Shown: positions 38,421 through 49,849 of the stretch, piece after piece | Numbering within the stretch: position 1 is the first letter of the stretch | How the letters are laid out: each line of letters begins with the position of its first letter | Assembly: GCA_036561565.1 (NCBI GenBank) | Contig: DATBPB010000066.1 | Location: 14,211-78,210 of the forward strand | Origin: Solirubrobacteraceae bacterium | GTDB lineage: Bacteria; Actinomycetota; Thermoleophilia; Solirubrobacterales; Solirubrobacteraceae | Direction: 5' to 3' | Length of the DNA: 64,000 nt | Notes under the pieces: generated by a model | Told to the model about the DNA's origin: nothing | The model's input: the letters and a program-made list of their open reading frames with translations, nothing else | Databases searched by the model: none | Program-made: the position numbers and the translations under genes

Positions 38421-39385
38421 AGAAGCGATCGGCTCTGATCACCGGCATCACGGGGCAGGACGGCTCCTACCTCGCCGACCTGCTGCTCGAGAAGGGCTAC
38501 GACGTGCACGGGATGGTGCGGCGCTCCTCGACGGAGCGCTCTGAGCGCATCGAGCACCTGCGCGACCGGATCACGCTCCACCAGGGCGACCTGCTCGACC
38601 AGCGCTCGCTCGTGGACACGCTGCGCGCGAGCAACCCCGACGAGATCTACAACCTCGCCGCGATGTCGTTCGTGGCCGTCTCGTGGGTCCAGCCGACGCT
38701 GACCGCGGAGTTCACGGGCGTCGGCGTGACACGGATCCTCGAGGGGATCCGCGAGGTCTGCCCGCAGGCGCGCTTCTACCAGGCATCGTCGTCTGAGATG
38801 TTCGGCAAGGTCCGCGAGGTCCCCCAGACCGAGCTGACGCCGTTCTACCCGCGCTCCCCCTACGGCGTGGCCAAGGCCTACGGCCACTTCATCACCGTCA
38901 ACTACCGCGAGAGCTACGACCTCCACGCGACAAGCGGAATCCTCTTCAACCACGAGTCCCCGCGGCGCGGGCTCGAGTTCGTGACCCGCAAGATCACCTG
39001 GCACGCCGCTGCGATCAAGCTCGGCCTCGTCGAGGAGCTCCACCTCGGCAACCTCGACGCGGAGCGCGACTGGGGCTATGCCAAGGACTACGTCGAGGCG
39101 ATGTGGCTGATGCTCCAGCAGGATGAGCCCGAGGACTACGTGATCTCGACCGGCGTCGCGCACTCGGTGCGCGAGTGCCTCGACATCGCCTTCGACCAGG
39201 CCGGCCTCGAGGTCGATCGCCATGTGCGCCACGACAGCGACCTCGTCCGCCCGGCCGAGGTCGACCACCTGATCGGCGACCACTCGAAGGCGACGAAGCA
39301 GCTCGGCTGGAAGCCCACGACCGGCTTCGAGGAGATGATTCGCCTGATGGTCGACGCCGACATGAAGTTGCTTCGGGGCTTGTAG
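38417..39385 (+). CDS. gmd: GDP-mannose 4,6-dehydratase
   Basis: TTG at 38417 overlaps the upstream stop (TTGA). Motifs: [55 protein letters not shown], and [15 protein letters not shown]. Confidence 0.9.
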   Translation: MKKRSALITGITGQDGSYLADLLLEKGYDVHGMVRRSSTERSERIEHLRDRITLHQGDLLDQRSLVDTLRASNPDEIYNLAAMSFVAVSWVQPTLTAEFTGVGVTRILEGIREVCPQARFYQASSSEMFGKVREVPQTELTPFYPRSPYGVAKAYGHFITVNYRESYDLHATSGILFNHESPRRGLEFVTRKITWHAAAIKLGLVEELHLGNLDAERDWGYAKDYVEAMWLMLQQDEPEDYVISTGVAHSVRECLDIAFDQAGLEVDRHVRHDSDLVRPAEVDHLIGDHSKATKQLGWKPTTGFEEMIRLMVDADMKLLRGL

Positions 39386-39394
39386 AGCGATCGG

Positions 39395-40129
39395 ATGAGC
39401 GAGCCCCAACAGGCCCGAACGGCCGTCCTGACGGGCGCCTCCTCGGGCATCGGCGCGGCGACGGCGCGCGCGCTCTGTGCGCAGGGCCACCGCGTCGCGC
39501 TGCTCGCGCGCCGCGGCGAGCGGATCCGCGCGCTCGCGGCCGAGCTGGGTGGCCGGGCGCTGGCGATCGAGGCCGACGTCACCGATCGCGACTCGCTCGT
39601 CGCGGCGGCCGCGCAGGTGCGGGGCGAGCTCGGGCGGGCGGAGATCCTCGTCAACAACGCCGGCGTGATGCTGCTCGGCCCGTTCTCCTCCGAGCAGCGA
39701 GACGACTACCGGGCGATGATCGAGGTCAACCTGCTCGGGGCGATCACGGCAACCGAGGTCTTCCTCAGCCAGCTCCGCGACGGCGGTGGCGATCTCGTCA
39801 ACATCTCCTCGGTCGCCGGGCGCACGGCTCGACCCGGCAACGCCGTCTACGCGGCGACCAAGTGGGGATTGGGCGGCTTCTCGGAGGCCCTGCGCCAGGA
39901 GCTTCACCCCGACGTCCGCGTCACCGTGATCGAGCCGGGCGCCGTCGCGACGGAGCTCTCAGACCACATCACGCACGCCGAGACGAAGCGGGCCACGCAG
40001 CAGTTCGCCCGCGACATCACGGTCATGGCGGCCGAGGACATCGCCGAGGTGATCGCCTTCGCGGTCTCGCGGCCGCGCCACGTGACGCTGAACGAGATCC
40101 TCGTGCGTCCCACGGCGCAGCTGCGCTGA
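39395..40129 (+). CDS. Classical short-chain dehydrogenase/reductase (SDR)
   Basis: 244 aa. Motifs: [19 protein letters not shown], and SSVAG…YAATKWG (S-Y-K triad). Confidence 0.85.
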   Translation: MSEPQQARTAVLTGASSGIGAATARALCAQGHRVALLARRGERIRALAAELGGRALAIEADVTDRDSLVAAAAQVRGELGRAEILVNNAGVMLLGPFSSEQRDDYRAMIEVNLLGAITATEVFLSQLRDGGGDLVNISSVAGRTARPGNAVYAATKWGLGGFSEALRQELHPDVRVTVIEPGAVATELSDHITHAETKRATQQFARDITVMAAEDIAEVIAFAVSRPRHVTLNEILVRPTAQLR

Positions 40130-40175
40130 GTACCCCCACCTGCAGCCCGCCGCGCCGACGCGCTACGCTCGCTCC

Positions 40176-41247
<1,072 letters not shown>

Positions 41248-41261
<14 letters not shown>

Positions 41262-42213
41262 GCGCCGCGAGGTCGGCCTCGACCATCTGCGCGACGAGCG
41301 CTTCGAAGCTCGTCTCCGCGCGCCACCCGAGACGCTCGTGCGCTCGGGCGGGGTCGCCGACGACCGGGTGAAGCTCGGGCGCGCGAACGAGCGCCGGGTC
41401 GACGCGCAGCCGCCCGTCGGGCTCGATCCCGGCGCAGGCAAACGCCGTCTCGACCAGCTGCGCGACCGAGTGCCCGACGCCGCTCGCCAGCACGTAGTCG
41501 CCCGGCTGCTCGGCGGCGGCCATCAGCCGTAGCGCCGCGACGATGTCGGTCGCCGCCGACCAGTCGCGGATCGCCGCGGTGTTGCCGAGCACGAGCTCCT
41601 GCTGGCGGCCGAGGCTGATCGCCGCGACGGCGGCGCTCACCTTGCGCGTGATGAAGGCCGGATCGCGCCGCGGCGATTCGTGGTTGAAGAGGATCGCGGA
41701 GGACAGATGCAGGCCGTCGCGCTCGCGCAGCAGGCCGACGAGCTGGTGGCCGGCGAGCTTCGCGACGCCGTAGGGCGAGCTCGGCCGGCACGGCGTGTCC
41801 TCGTTCTGCGGGCTCGGCGCGTCAGGCCCGAAGATCTCGCGCGAGGTCGCGAACACCGTGTGCGCACCGGGCGCCTCCGCGCGAACGGCCTCGATCAGCT
41901 CGGCGGTGACCGTCGCGATCCCGTGCACCGAGTCGGCGAGCAGCTCCCAGGAGGCCGGCACGAACGTCGGCGCGGCGAGGTGGTAGATCTCGTCGGGCAC
42001 CGCGGCGGCGACGATCCGGCGAAGCGTCCCGCGCTCCAGCAGGTCGCCGGTGTGAAACGTGGCGGCGTCGCGAACCCCATCGAGGCGGTCGGTCCCGCGG
42101 TCGGCCCCCTCGCGCAGCACCCCGTGCACCTCGACGCCTTCGGCCAGCAGCAACTCGGCGAGGTAGGAGCCGTCCTGGCCGCTGATGCCGGTGATGAGCG
42201 CGCGGCGGGGCAT
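41248..42213 (-). CDS. GDP-mannose 4,6-dehydratase paralog
   Basis: 321 aa. Motifs: [55 protein letters not shown], and NTAAIRDW. It is clearly diverged from the 38417 copy. Its 3' end overlaps fbaB by 14 nt. Confidence 0.75.
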
Positions 42214-42225
42214 CCCCGACGGATC

Positions 42226-43320
42226 CTATGAGTAGATCGCGGCGAGCGTCGAGGCGATCCGCCCCGGGTCGAGGCGCTCGCGCGCCGCGGCGAGCGCGGT
42301 CTCTCCCGCCGCCGGATCGCCGGCCAGAGCCGCAACCGTCTGCGCCAGCGCCGCCGCGTCGCCCGGCGCCGAGAGCCACTCGCGCGGGACCAGCTCGCGC
42401 AGCGCGCCGATATCCGACGCCGCGACGGGCAGCCCGGCCGCCAGCGCCTCCGCCGCGGCGAGGCCGAACGTCTCGGCGGTCAGCGACGGCATGACCGCCA
42501 GCCGCGCCCCCGTCCGCAGCTTCGCGAGCGCCTCGGCATCGACGCTCCCCGCAAACGTGACGCCGGGCGCGCCCTCGTGGAGCGAACGCTCCGATCCCTC
42601 GCCGGCGACGACCAGCGGCACGCCGGCCTGCGCGCAGGCGGCCACGGCGACGCCGAGCCCCTTCTCGGGCTCGAGCCGCCCCGCCAGCAGGGCGTAGGAG
42701 CCGCGCGCAGCCTGCGATGCCGCCACGATCGCCCGAACCGGGTCGGCGACGACGTGAACGCTGCGCGGCAGCGGCGCCCCCAGCGCTCGCAGCCGCGCGT
42801 GCGCGAACTCGCTCGGCACGATCGCGGCGTCGATCAGGCCCGCCGCGCGCCGCTGCCACAGCGCGAGCGACGCGGCGTAGACGAGCGCCTCGCGAGCGTC
42901 GCCGCGGCAGTTGTGAAGCACGCCCGGCAGCGTGTTGCGCCCGTGGCAGCGAGTGCACTCGCTGCCCTGCGTGAAGCAGATCCCGACGGCACAGACGCTT
43001 CGGTACTGGTGGAAGTGCGCGACCACGCGCGCGCCCGCCTGACGGGCCGCCGCGAGCGCCCGCCAGCCAAGCGAAGGGTGGAGGTTGTGGGCGTGCACGA
43101 CGCGCGCGTTCGTGCGTCGCACCGCGCGCGCGACCTCATCGGGCGCGAGGCCGCCGCGCAGCATCCCGGCCGCGGCCTGCCGGCGGCCGAGCAGCGCCGA
43201 GTCGCGAGTCAGGAGCTCGGCGTCCTCGCCGAGGTGCTCGCGGACGAGCCAGAGCAGGTTCTCGACGGCGCGCTCCTCGCCGCCGCTTTGCCGGTAGCGG
43301 TTGTGGACGAAGAGAATCAC
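42226..43320 (-). CDS. Glycosyltransferase family 4
   Basis: 364 aa. Motifs: MILFVHNRYRQSGGEE…, PEKGL, and AETFGLAAAEALAAGLPVAASDIGALRELV. Confidence 0.85.
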   Translation of the reverse strand: MILFVHNRYRQSGGEERAVENLLWLVREHLGEDAELLTRDSALLGRRQAAAGMLRGGLAPDEVARAVRRTNARVVHAHNLHPSLGWRALAAARQAGARVVAHFHQYRSVCAVGICFTQGSECTRCHGRNTLPGVLHNCRGDAREALVYAASLALWQRRAAGLIDAAIVPSEFAHARLRALGAPLPRSVHVVADPVRAIVAASQAARGSYALLAGRLEPEKGLGVAVAACAQAGVPLVVAGEGSERSLHEGAPGVTFAGSVDAEALAKLRTGARLAVMPSLTAETFGLAAAEALAAGLPVAASDIGALRELVPREWLSAPGDAAALAQTVAALAGDPAAGETALAAARERLDPGRIASTLAAIYS

Positions 43321-43350
43321 GGTCGCGCGAACCTACACTCACACCCTGAC

Positions 43351-45015
43351 ATGGGTCCCTCTGCCTCAATCGTGATCCCCACGCGCGACCGGCCCGACTA
43401 CCTCGCGGTCGCGCTCGCGTCGGTGGCACCCCAGGCGCAGGCGGCGGGCGCCGAGCTGATCGTCGTCGACGACGGCGCGAGCGAGGCGACGCGGAGCGCC
43501 GCCGAGCGCTTCGGCGCCCGCTACGTCGCGCTCGGGCAGCCGCGCGGGCTGAATGCCGCGCGAAACGCCGGGATCGACGCGGCCTCCGGCGAGTTGCTGG
43601 CCTTCATCGACGACGACGTCGAGGTGCACCCCGGCTGGCTTGCCGCGCTGCTGCAGGCGGCGTCGGCCGACCCCGGCGCCGGCGTCCTGACCGGCCCGAT
43701 CGTGGCTCGCCTCGAGGGTCGAGCGCGCAGGACGTGCGGGCGCGAGGGTGCGCCGATCACGCACTCGAACCCGGGCGGCGGGGACCGCGACGTACGGCGC
43801 GCGTGGGGCGCCAACATGGCGATCCGCCGCTCGGCGATCGATGCGGTCGGCCGCTTCGACCCCCACCGCCACGTCTGGAGCGGAGATGAGGAGGAGTGGG
43901 AGGAGCGCCACCTGCGTGCCGGGGGGCGGATCCGGTTCGTCGCCGCCGCCGGCCTCGATCACCGCCGCGCCGCCCACGACGCGCGCCTCATCGCCCTGAT
44001 GCGCGTCGCCGCCGTGCGCGGCCGCGAGGCCCGCGACTACGACGAGGAGAACGGCCGCGCCCCCTCGCTCGCCGCCGAGCTGCGCGTGTTCGCGGGCTGT
44101 CTCTGGCACACGCTGCGGCGCGGCTGCGAGAACGGGCCGGTGATGGCGGCGCACAGCTTCGGCCGGCTGGCGCGCGCCCGCCGCCGCGACCGCGACAGTC
44201 CGCGCGGGGACCCCGGCGATGACTTCCTGTCGGGGGAGAGCGGGACGATCGGTGGCCGCCGCGACCTGCTGCGCGCCGCGCAGGACGGAGCCCTCGAGGT
44301 GCGCGGCGGATGGCAGCTGTGGCGCGCTCGGCGCGCGGCGCGGCGACTCGGGCCGCGCCGGGTGCTCGTGCTGTCGGTCGTTCGCGAGGCGAACCGGCCG
44401 ACGTATGAGCGCGCGCTCGAGAACCTGCGCGATTCGCGCGCCTGCGAGGTGGTCGCGCTCGAGCGAGCGCCGGGCGAGGCCGCCAAGTTCGCCAACCTCA
44501 ACCTCCTGGCCGAGCGGGCGATGCTCGACGCCTTCGACTGGATCGTCGTGATGGACGACGACGTCGAGCTCCCGGCGGCGTTTCTCGACCCCTTCATCCA
44601 CCTCGCCGAGCGCTTTGGCCTCGTCCTCGCCGCCCCCGCCCACCGCATGCGCTCGCACGCCGGCTGGCCGCTGACGCGACGGCGCTGGGGAAGCGTCGTG
44701 CGCGAGACGGCGTTCGTTGAGATCGGCCCGCTGACGGCGCTGGCGCGCGCGACCTTCGCCGATCTGCTGCCCTTCCCGGCCGAGGCCGGCATGGGCTGGG
44801 GCCTCGACGCACACTGGTCGTGGCTGGCGCGCGAGCGCGGCTGGCGGGTCGGGATCGTCGACCTTCTACCGATCGCGCATCGCGGCGCTCCGGCTGCCTC
44901 GGCCTACGCGCGCGAGGAGGCGGTCGCCGCGGCGCGGGCGTTCCTGGCCGAGCACCCCTACCTGCCGGTGCGCGAATCCCAGCGCACGCTCGCCGTGCAC
45001 CGCCGATGCGCGTAG
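43351..45015 (+). CDS. Two-domain glycosyltransferase (N-terminal GT2 plus C-terminal second GT-A-like module)
   Basis: In-frame ATG at 43351. N-terminal domain: SIVIPTRDRPDYL…IVVDDGASE…FIDDDVEV…. The C-terminal ~230 aa carries its own DxD-type motif (WIVVMDDDVELP). Confidence 0.7.
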   Translation: MGPSASIVIPTRDRPDYLAVALASVAPQAQAAGAELIVVDDGASEATRSAAERFGARYVALGQPRGLNAARNAGIDAASGELLAFIDDDVEVHPGWLAALLQAASADPGAGVLTGPIVARLEGRARRTCGREGAPITHSNPGGGDRDVRRAWGANMAIRRSAIDAVGRFDPHRHVWSGDEEEWEERHLRAGGRIRFVAAAGLDHRRAAHDARLIALMRVAAVRGREARDYDEENGRAPSLAAELRVFAGCLWHTLRRGCENGPVMAAHSFGRLARARRRDRDSPRGDPGDDFLSGESGTIGGRRDLLRAAQDGALEVRGGWQLWRARRAARRLGPRRVLVLSVVREANRPTYERALENLRDSRACEVVALERAPGEAAKFANLNLLAERAMLDAFDWIVVMDDDVELPAAFLDPFIHLAERFGLVLAAPAHRMRSHAGWPLTRRRWGSVVRETAFVEIGPLTALARATFADLLPFPAEAGMGWGLDAHWSWLARERGWRVGIVDLLPIAHRGAPAASAYAREEAVAAARAFLAEHPYLPVRESQRTLAVHRRCA

Positions 45016-46130
45016 CGGTCGTCGCCGAGTTCTATCCGCGCCGGGGCGACGGCGTGCTCGGCGTCTGGGCGCACCGCCAAGCGCTGGCCGCACGCGACGC
45101 GGGCGCGGAGGTGTCGGTGTTCGTGCTTCATCGCCTGGTGCCCCCGCTTGGCCAACCGCGGTCGCTATGGGCGCTGGCGCGCCAGCCGACCTTCACGCAG
45201 CCCGACGGCCTCCCGGTGCGCTACGTCCGCTATGTCTCACCGCCGCGCTCGCGCGCCTACGCCCGCTGGGGCGCCTACGCCGCGCCGGCGCTGCGGCGAG
45301 CGCTGCGCCGCCATGGCCCGTTCGATGTGATCCACGCCCACTACGCCGTCCCGGCCGCCGACGCCGTGCTGCGCGCGGGCATCGACGCTCCGCTCGTCGT
45401 GTCGGTCCACGGCGGCGACGTCCTGTGGACCAGCTCGCACGTTCCGGGCGGGCGCGAGGCGGTCGAGCGGGGCCTCGCGGCCGCGCGCCTGGTGCTCGCC
45501 AACAGCGCCGGGATCGAGGCCCTCTCGCGCGAGCATGGCGCGCGCGAGGTGCGCGTCGTCCACCTCGGCGCCGACGTGCCGCCGGTGCCCGGCGAGCCAG
45601 CGGCGCAGCCGCTGATCGCCAGTCTCGGACACCTCGTCGCGCGAAAGCGCCACGCCGACGTCCTGCGTTCGCTGGCGCAGCTCCCCGGCGTGCGCTACCT
45701 GATCGTCGGCGACGGACCCGAGCGGGGGCGCCTTGAAGGGCTCGCCGGGGAGCTCGGCGTGGCGGCGCGCGTCGAGTTCGCGGGTCAGCTCGAGCCGGGG
45801 CAGGCGGCGCGGCGGATCGGCGCCGCGTGGTGCCTCGCGATGCCCTCGACGGAGGAGGCGTTCGGCGTCGCCTACATCGAGGCGATGGCGGCCGGCGTGC
45901 CGGCGGTCGGCCGCGCGGGCGAGCCGGGCCCCGAGGAGATCGCCGCCGCCGGCGCCGGCATCGAGCTCGTCGAGACGGACCGGCTGACCGACGCGCTTCG
46001 CCGCCTCACCAGCGACCGCGCCGCGCGCGACAGGCTCGGCGCCGCCGCGCGCGAGACGGTGCTTCGCGAGTTCACGTGGCGGCTGTGCGGCGAGCGGACC
46101 GTGGCCGCCTATGCCGAGGCGCGCGCGTGA
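45006..46130 (+). CDS. Glycosyltransferase family 4
   Basis: In-frame ATG at 45006 gives a 10-nt overlap with the upstream gene. Motifs: MRVAVVAEFYPRRGDGVLGVW…, ARKRHADVL, and EEAFGVAYIEAMAAGVPAVG. Confidence 0.8.
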   Translation: MRVAVVAEFYPRRGDGVLGVWAHRQALAARDAGAEVSVFVLHRLVPPLGQPRSLWALARQPTFTQPDGLPVRYVRYVSPPRSRAYARWGAYAAPALRRALRRHGPFDVIHAHYAVPAADAVLRAGIDAPLVVSVHGGDVLWTSSHVPGGREAVERGLAAARLVLANSAGIEALSREHGAREVRVVHLGADVPPVPGEPAAQPLIASLGHLVARKRHADVLRSLAQLPGVRYLIVGDGPERGRLEGLAGELGVAARVEFAGQLEPGQAARRIGAAWCLAMPSTEEAFGVAYIEAMAAGVPAVGRAGEPGPEEIAAAGAGIELVETDRLTDALRRLTSDRAARDRLGAAARETVLREFTWRLCGERTVAAYAEARA

Positions 46131-47176
46131 AGCCGGTCCTGTTCGTGACAGGACACGTGCCGGCGGACCGGCGCGGCGCCTTCGAGCGACTCCACGAACG
46201 AGTCGGGATCGAGCTTGCGCTGTTCGGCGGGCGCCATCTCCACGGCTTCGAGCCGACCGAGCCGCCGGCCTCGCTGCCGCACCACCTCGTCGCGCAGCGC
46301 GACGTGGCCGCGCTCGTGCGCTCCGGCGCCTACCGCGCGGTGGTCGTCGGAACCGGCGGACGCGTGGCGTTGCCGGCCGCGTGGCGCGCAGCGCGCCGGT
46401 CCGGCGTCCCATTCGTGTTCTGGGCCGCGTTGTGGCGCACGCCGCGCACGGCCGCGCACCTCGCCGCCGCCCCGCTGATGCGCACGATCTACCGCGACGC
46501 GACGGCGATCGTGACCTACGGCGCGCACGTCAGCGACTACGTCCGTCGCCGCGGAGCGACACGCGTGTTCATCGCTCCACAGGCGGTCGACAACGAGTTC
46601 TGGTCGGCTGCAGCCGCGCCACGCGACGGCGAGCGCTTCTCACTCGCGTTCGCCGGCCGCGCGGCGCGCGAGAAGGGCCTCGCGGTGCTGCTCGATGCGT
46701 GGCGGCGCGCCGGCCTTAATGGGATCTTCACGGTCGCCGGCGATGATCGTCGAATACCGCCTGATGTGGTCGCCGCGGGACGCCTCGATCGCCGGCAACT
46801 GCGCAACTTATTCGCCTCCGCAGACGTTGTGGCTGTACCGTCGATCGTCACTCGGCGGTTCATCGAACCGTGGGGGCTCGTCGTCAACGAGGCCATGAAC
46901 CAGGGAGCAGCAATCATCGCAACGGATGCCGTGGGAGCCGCCGCGGGCGGCCTCGTGCGCGACGGCCGAAACGGGCTGATCGTGCCCGCCGGCGACGCGC
47001 AGGCGCTGGCCGGCGCGCTCGTCTCGCTGGCCGCCGATCGCACTCGCTGCGCCGCGCTCGGGGCAAACGGCCGCGAGGACGTCCGGGCGTACACCTTCGA
47101 CGCCTGGGCTCAGAGCTTTGCCGACGCGCTCGAATTCGCCGTTTCGCATGGCGCGGAGGGGGGAAGGGCCGGATGA
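46127..47176 (+). CDS. Glycosyltransferase family 4
   Basis: GTG at 46127 overlaps the upstream stop (GTGA). Motifs: REKGLAVLL and IEPWGLVVNEAMNQGAAIIATDAVG. Confidence 0.75.
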   Translation: MKPVLFVTGHVPADRRGAFERLHERVGIELALFGGRHLHGFEPTEPPASLPHHLVAQRDVAALVRSGAYRAVVVGTGGRVALPAAWRAARRSGVPFVFWAALWRTPRTAAHLAAAPLMRTIYRDATAIVTYGAHVSDYVRRRGATRVFIAPQAVDNEFWSAAAAPRDGERFSLAFAGRAAREKGLAVLLDAWRRAGLNGIFTVAGDDRRIPPDVVAAGRLDRRQLRNLFASADVVAVPSIVTRRFIEPWGLVVNEAMNQGAAIIATDAVGAAAGGLVRDGRNGLIVPAGDAQALAGALVSLAADRTRCAALGANGREDVRAYTFDAWAQSFADALEFAVSHGAEGGRAG

Positions 47177-47742
47177 TGCTCCGCCGATCGGCGCGGGTTC
47201 TTGTTGCGCTGCTCGCTGTCGCATGGTCGATCGCCGGCGCGGACGTGGCTTTCGCCGGGTACCCGAACTCGGTGGATGGCGCCCTGGCTGACTGCGGCGC
47301 GGGCCACGACCCGCTGGTCGGCCATTACAGCGTCGCCGTGCTGCACAAGGCCCTCAGGCAACTGAACACCAACTCGCTGCAGTACACGACCTGCTCGGAC
47401 GCGCTCACGCAGGCCCTCCGTGCAGACCTGCTTCCGAAGCGTAGACCGCGCTCGCGCCCGCGCTCAAACAAGCCGGTCACGAAGCCGAGCGGCCCCGTCG
47501 TCAAGCCCACCCCGTCGGCGATCCGCCGGCGCGTGCACGAGATCCAGAACTGGGGCGGCGGGCGGATCACGCTGCCGACCGGCGCGACGGTGACTCCGGG
47601 CACCGTGACGGCGCGCAGCGCGGGCTTCCTCTCGAACCTACCAACCCCGCTCCTGGTTGTGTTGGCGGCGCTGCTCGCGGCAGTGGTGGCCGTCGCGGGC
47701 CGCGCGCTCCAGACCGTTGTCCGCGCACGCCGCACCCGTTAG
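47173..47742 (+). CDS. Secreted, C-terminally membrane-anchored protein of unknown function
   Basis: ATG at 47173 overlaps the upstream stop (ATGA). Signal-peptide-like N-terminus MMLRRSARVLVALLAVAWSIAGADVAFA. Lys/Pro/Ser/Thr-rich linker (KRRPRSRPRSNKPVTKPSGPVVKPTPS). C-terminal hydrophobic helix LPTPLLVVLAALLAAVVAVAG followed by basic residues. Confidence 0.55.
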   Translation: MMLRRSARVLVALLAVAWSIAGADVAFAGYPNSVDGALADCGAGHDPLVGHYSVAVLHKALRQLNTNSLQYTTCSDALTQALRADLLPKRRPRSRPRSNKPVTKPSGPVVKPTPSAIRRRVHEIQNWGGGRITLPTGATVTPGTVTARSAGFLSNLPTPLLVVLAALLAAVVAVAGRALQTVVRARRTR

Positions 47743-49849
47743 CCACGGCGAGCGCCCGCCGCTGACCGCGGTCGCCGCGCGGGCGGCGAGCCGTTCCTGG
47801 CTGGCGGTGGCGATCGGCGCGGCGATCGCCGTGATCTGCTTCGCCGCGACCGGCGGCATCGTCTCGAGCGCCGGCGGCTATGTGCGCGGCTCGACCCTGA
47901 CTGCGAACACCGTCATCGAGATCGCGCTGACGCTCGCCGGCGGAGCGCTCGTCGTGGCCGCCTGCGCGCTCGCGCCGGCGGGCCGCGTGAGGATCGCCGG
48001 AATCGGCGCGGCGCTCGCGCTGTTCGCGCTCGCCGCGCTGACGGCGCTGTCGGTCGGCTGGTCGGTCGCGCCGTCGAGCTCGTGGCTCGAGGCCAATCGC
48101 ACGCTCGCCTATGCAGCGACCTTCGCCGGGACGATCGCCCTGGTGCGGCTGTGCGGCTCGCGCTGGCGCAGCTTGATCGCGGGCGTGCTGCTCGCGACGG
48201 GCTTCGTCTGCGCGTACGCGCTGCTCAGCAAGGTCATCCCCGAGTCGCTCGATCGAGCCGACCAGTTCGCGCGGCTGTCCGTGCCGTTCTCCTACTGGAA
48301 CGCGGTCGGGCTCACGGCGGCGCTGGGCATCCCGCCCGCTCTGTGGCTCGCCGCTCGCCGCGAGGGTCACGGAGCGCTGAACGCGCTCGCCGCGCCGGCG
48401 CTCTGCCTGCTGCTCGTGACGCTGGTCCTCTCCTACTCGCGCGGCGCGGTCCTTGCGGCGGTGATCGGCGCCGGCCTGTGGTTTGCGTTCGTGCCACTGC
48501 GCCTGCGAGCTCTTGCGGTCGGCGCGATCGCCGCGATCGCCGCGGGCGCGGTGCTTCTGTGGACGCTCAAGCAGCCCGCGCTCACCGACGACCACGTCGG
48601 CCTCGGCGCACGCGGTTCAGCGGGCCATCGCCTTGGCCTGTTGCTGCTCGCCGCGCTGATCGTCAGCTACTGCGCCGCCCTCGTGCTGCGCTTCGCCGCC
48701 GAGCGCAACCCGTTGCCGGCGGCGCGGCGGCGCACGCTCTCGATCGCGGTGGCGGTCATGCTCGCGCTGGTCCCCGTCGGGGGTGTCGCCGCGCTCGCGC
48801 ACAGCTCGCGCGGGCTGTTCGGCGAGATCTCGCACGGATGGCATCAGCTGACGACGCCGAACGGCGCGCAACCGACCAACGGTGCGAGCCGCCTGACATC
48901 CGGCGGGAGCATGCAGGCGCTCTACTGGGACTACGCGCTGAAGGTCTTCGACACCAACCCGGCGCTCGGCGCCGGCGCCGGCGCCTACCCCGTCGCCGAC
49001 CAGCGTTTCATGACGAGCCACGCGCTCGCCGACAACGCGCACGGCTACGTCTTCCAGACGCTCGCCGACCTCGGCATCGTCGGCCTGCTCGTGAGCCTCG
49101 CCGTGGCGGTGCTGTGGTGCTTCTCCGCGGCGCGAGCGGCGGGGCCCTGGCGACGACGCGCGCCGGGCGGCGAGGCCGGCGAGCGAGCGGGCCTTCTGAC
49201 CCTGATGGCGGTCGTCGTCGTCTTCACGGTCCACTCGGCGGTCGACTGGACCTGGTTCGTCCCCGGCGACGCCATGATCGCGCTGCTGTGCGCGGGCTGG
49301 GTCGCGGGCCGCGGGCGCCCGCACGAGCGCCACGAGCCGGGCCGTCCCTCGCTGGCGCGACTCGGCCGCTCACCGCTCGCCGCCGCTGTCGCGGCGACGG
49401 CCGTCGCGGTCGCGCTCGTCGTGGCGTGGTCGCAGTGGCAGCCGCTGCGCTCCGAGCAGGCGGCGAGCGACGGTGAGACGGCGATCGCCAACGCCCAGCT
49501 CGCGACCCTCTCGGGCGACACGGCGGGCGCCAGGCGCCAGATCGCGATCGCGGTATCCGATGAGCAGAGCGCGGCCTCCTACGACTCACTCGACCTGACG
49601 CCGGCGATCGACCTTGCCGACGCGTATGCGCAGGCCGGGCGCCTCAGCGACGGCCAGCGGACGCTCGTGGGGGCGATCGCGCAACAGCCTTCGAACTCCG
49701 CGAGCTGGCTGGCGCTGTGGGAGTACGACTACAACACCCTGTTCGACCTGAACGCCGGGAGGCGGGCGCTGAGCGCCGAGTTCTACCTCAACCCGCGCAA
49801 CCAGGCCAACAACGCGCTCGACCGCGAGTACATCAAGACGCTCAATTGA
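47717..49849 (+). CDS. O-antigen ligase/polymerase-family (Wzy_C-like) membrane protein with C-terminal TPR-like domain
   Basis: It has 12 or more TM helices and a loop SYSRGAVLAAVIGAGLW. The motif …NAHGYVFQTLADLGIVGLLV resembles the Wzy_C signature. The C-terminal ~170 aa is soluble and helical-repeat-like. The start is uncertain: TTG at 47717 chosen, with 47657 and 47807 as alternatives. Confidence 0.7.
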   Translation: MSAHAAPVSHGERPPLTAVAARAASRSWLAVAIGAAIAVICFAATGGIVSSAGGYVRGSTLTANTVIEIALTLAGGALVVAACALAPAGRVRIAGIGAALALFALAALTALSVGWSVAPSSSWLEANRTLAYAATFAGTIALVRLCGSRWRSLIAGVLLATGFVCAYALLSKVIPESLDRADQFARLSVPFSYWNAVGLTAALGIPPALWLAARREGHGALNALAAPALCLLLVTLVLSYSRGAVLAAVIGAGLWFAFVPLRLRALAVGAIAAIAAGAVLLWTLKQPALTDDHVGLGARGSAGHRLGLLLLAALIVSYCAALVLRFAAERNPLPAARRRTLSIAVAVMLALVPVGGVAALAHSSRGLFGEISHGWHQLTTPNGAQPTNGASRLTSGGSMQALYWDYALKVFDTNPALGAGAGAYPVADQRFMTSHALADNAHGYVFQTLADLGIVGLLVSLAVAVLWCFSAARAAGPWRRRAPGGEAGERAGLLTLMAVVVVFTVHSAVDWTWFVPGDAMIALLCAGWVAGRGRPHERHEPGRPSLARLGRSPLAAAVAATAVAVALVVAWSQWQPLRSEQAASDGETAIANAQLATLSGDTAGARRQIAIAVSDEQSAASYDSLDLTPAIDLADAYAQAGRLSDGQRTLVGAIAQQPSNSASWLALWEYDYNTLFDLNAGRRALSAEFYLNPRNQANNALDREYIKTLN

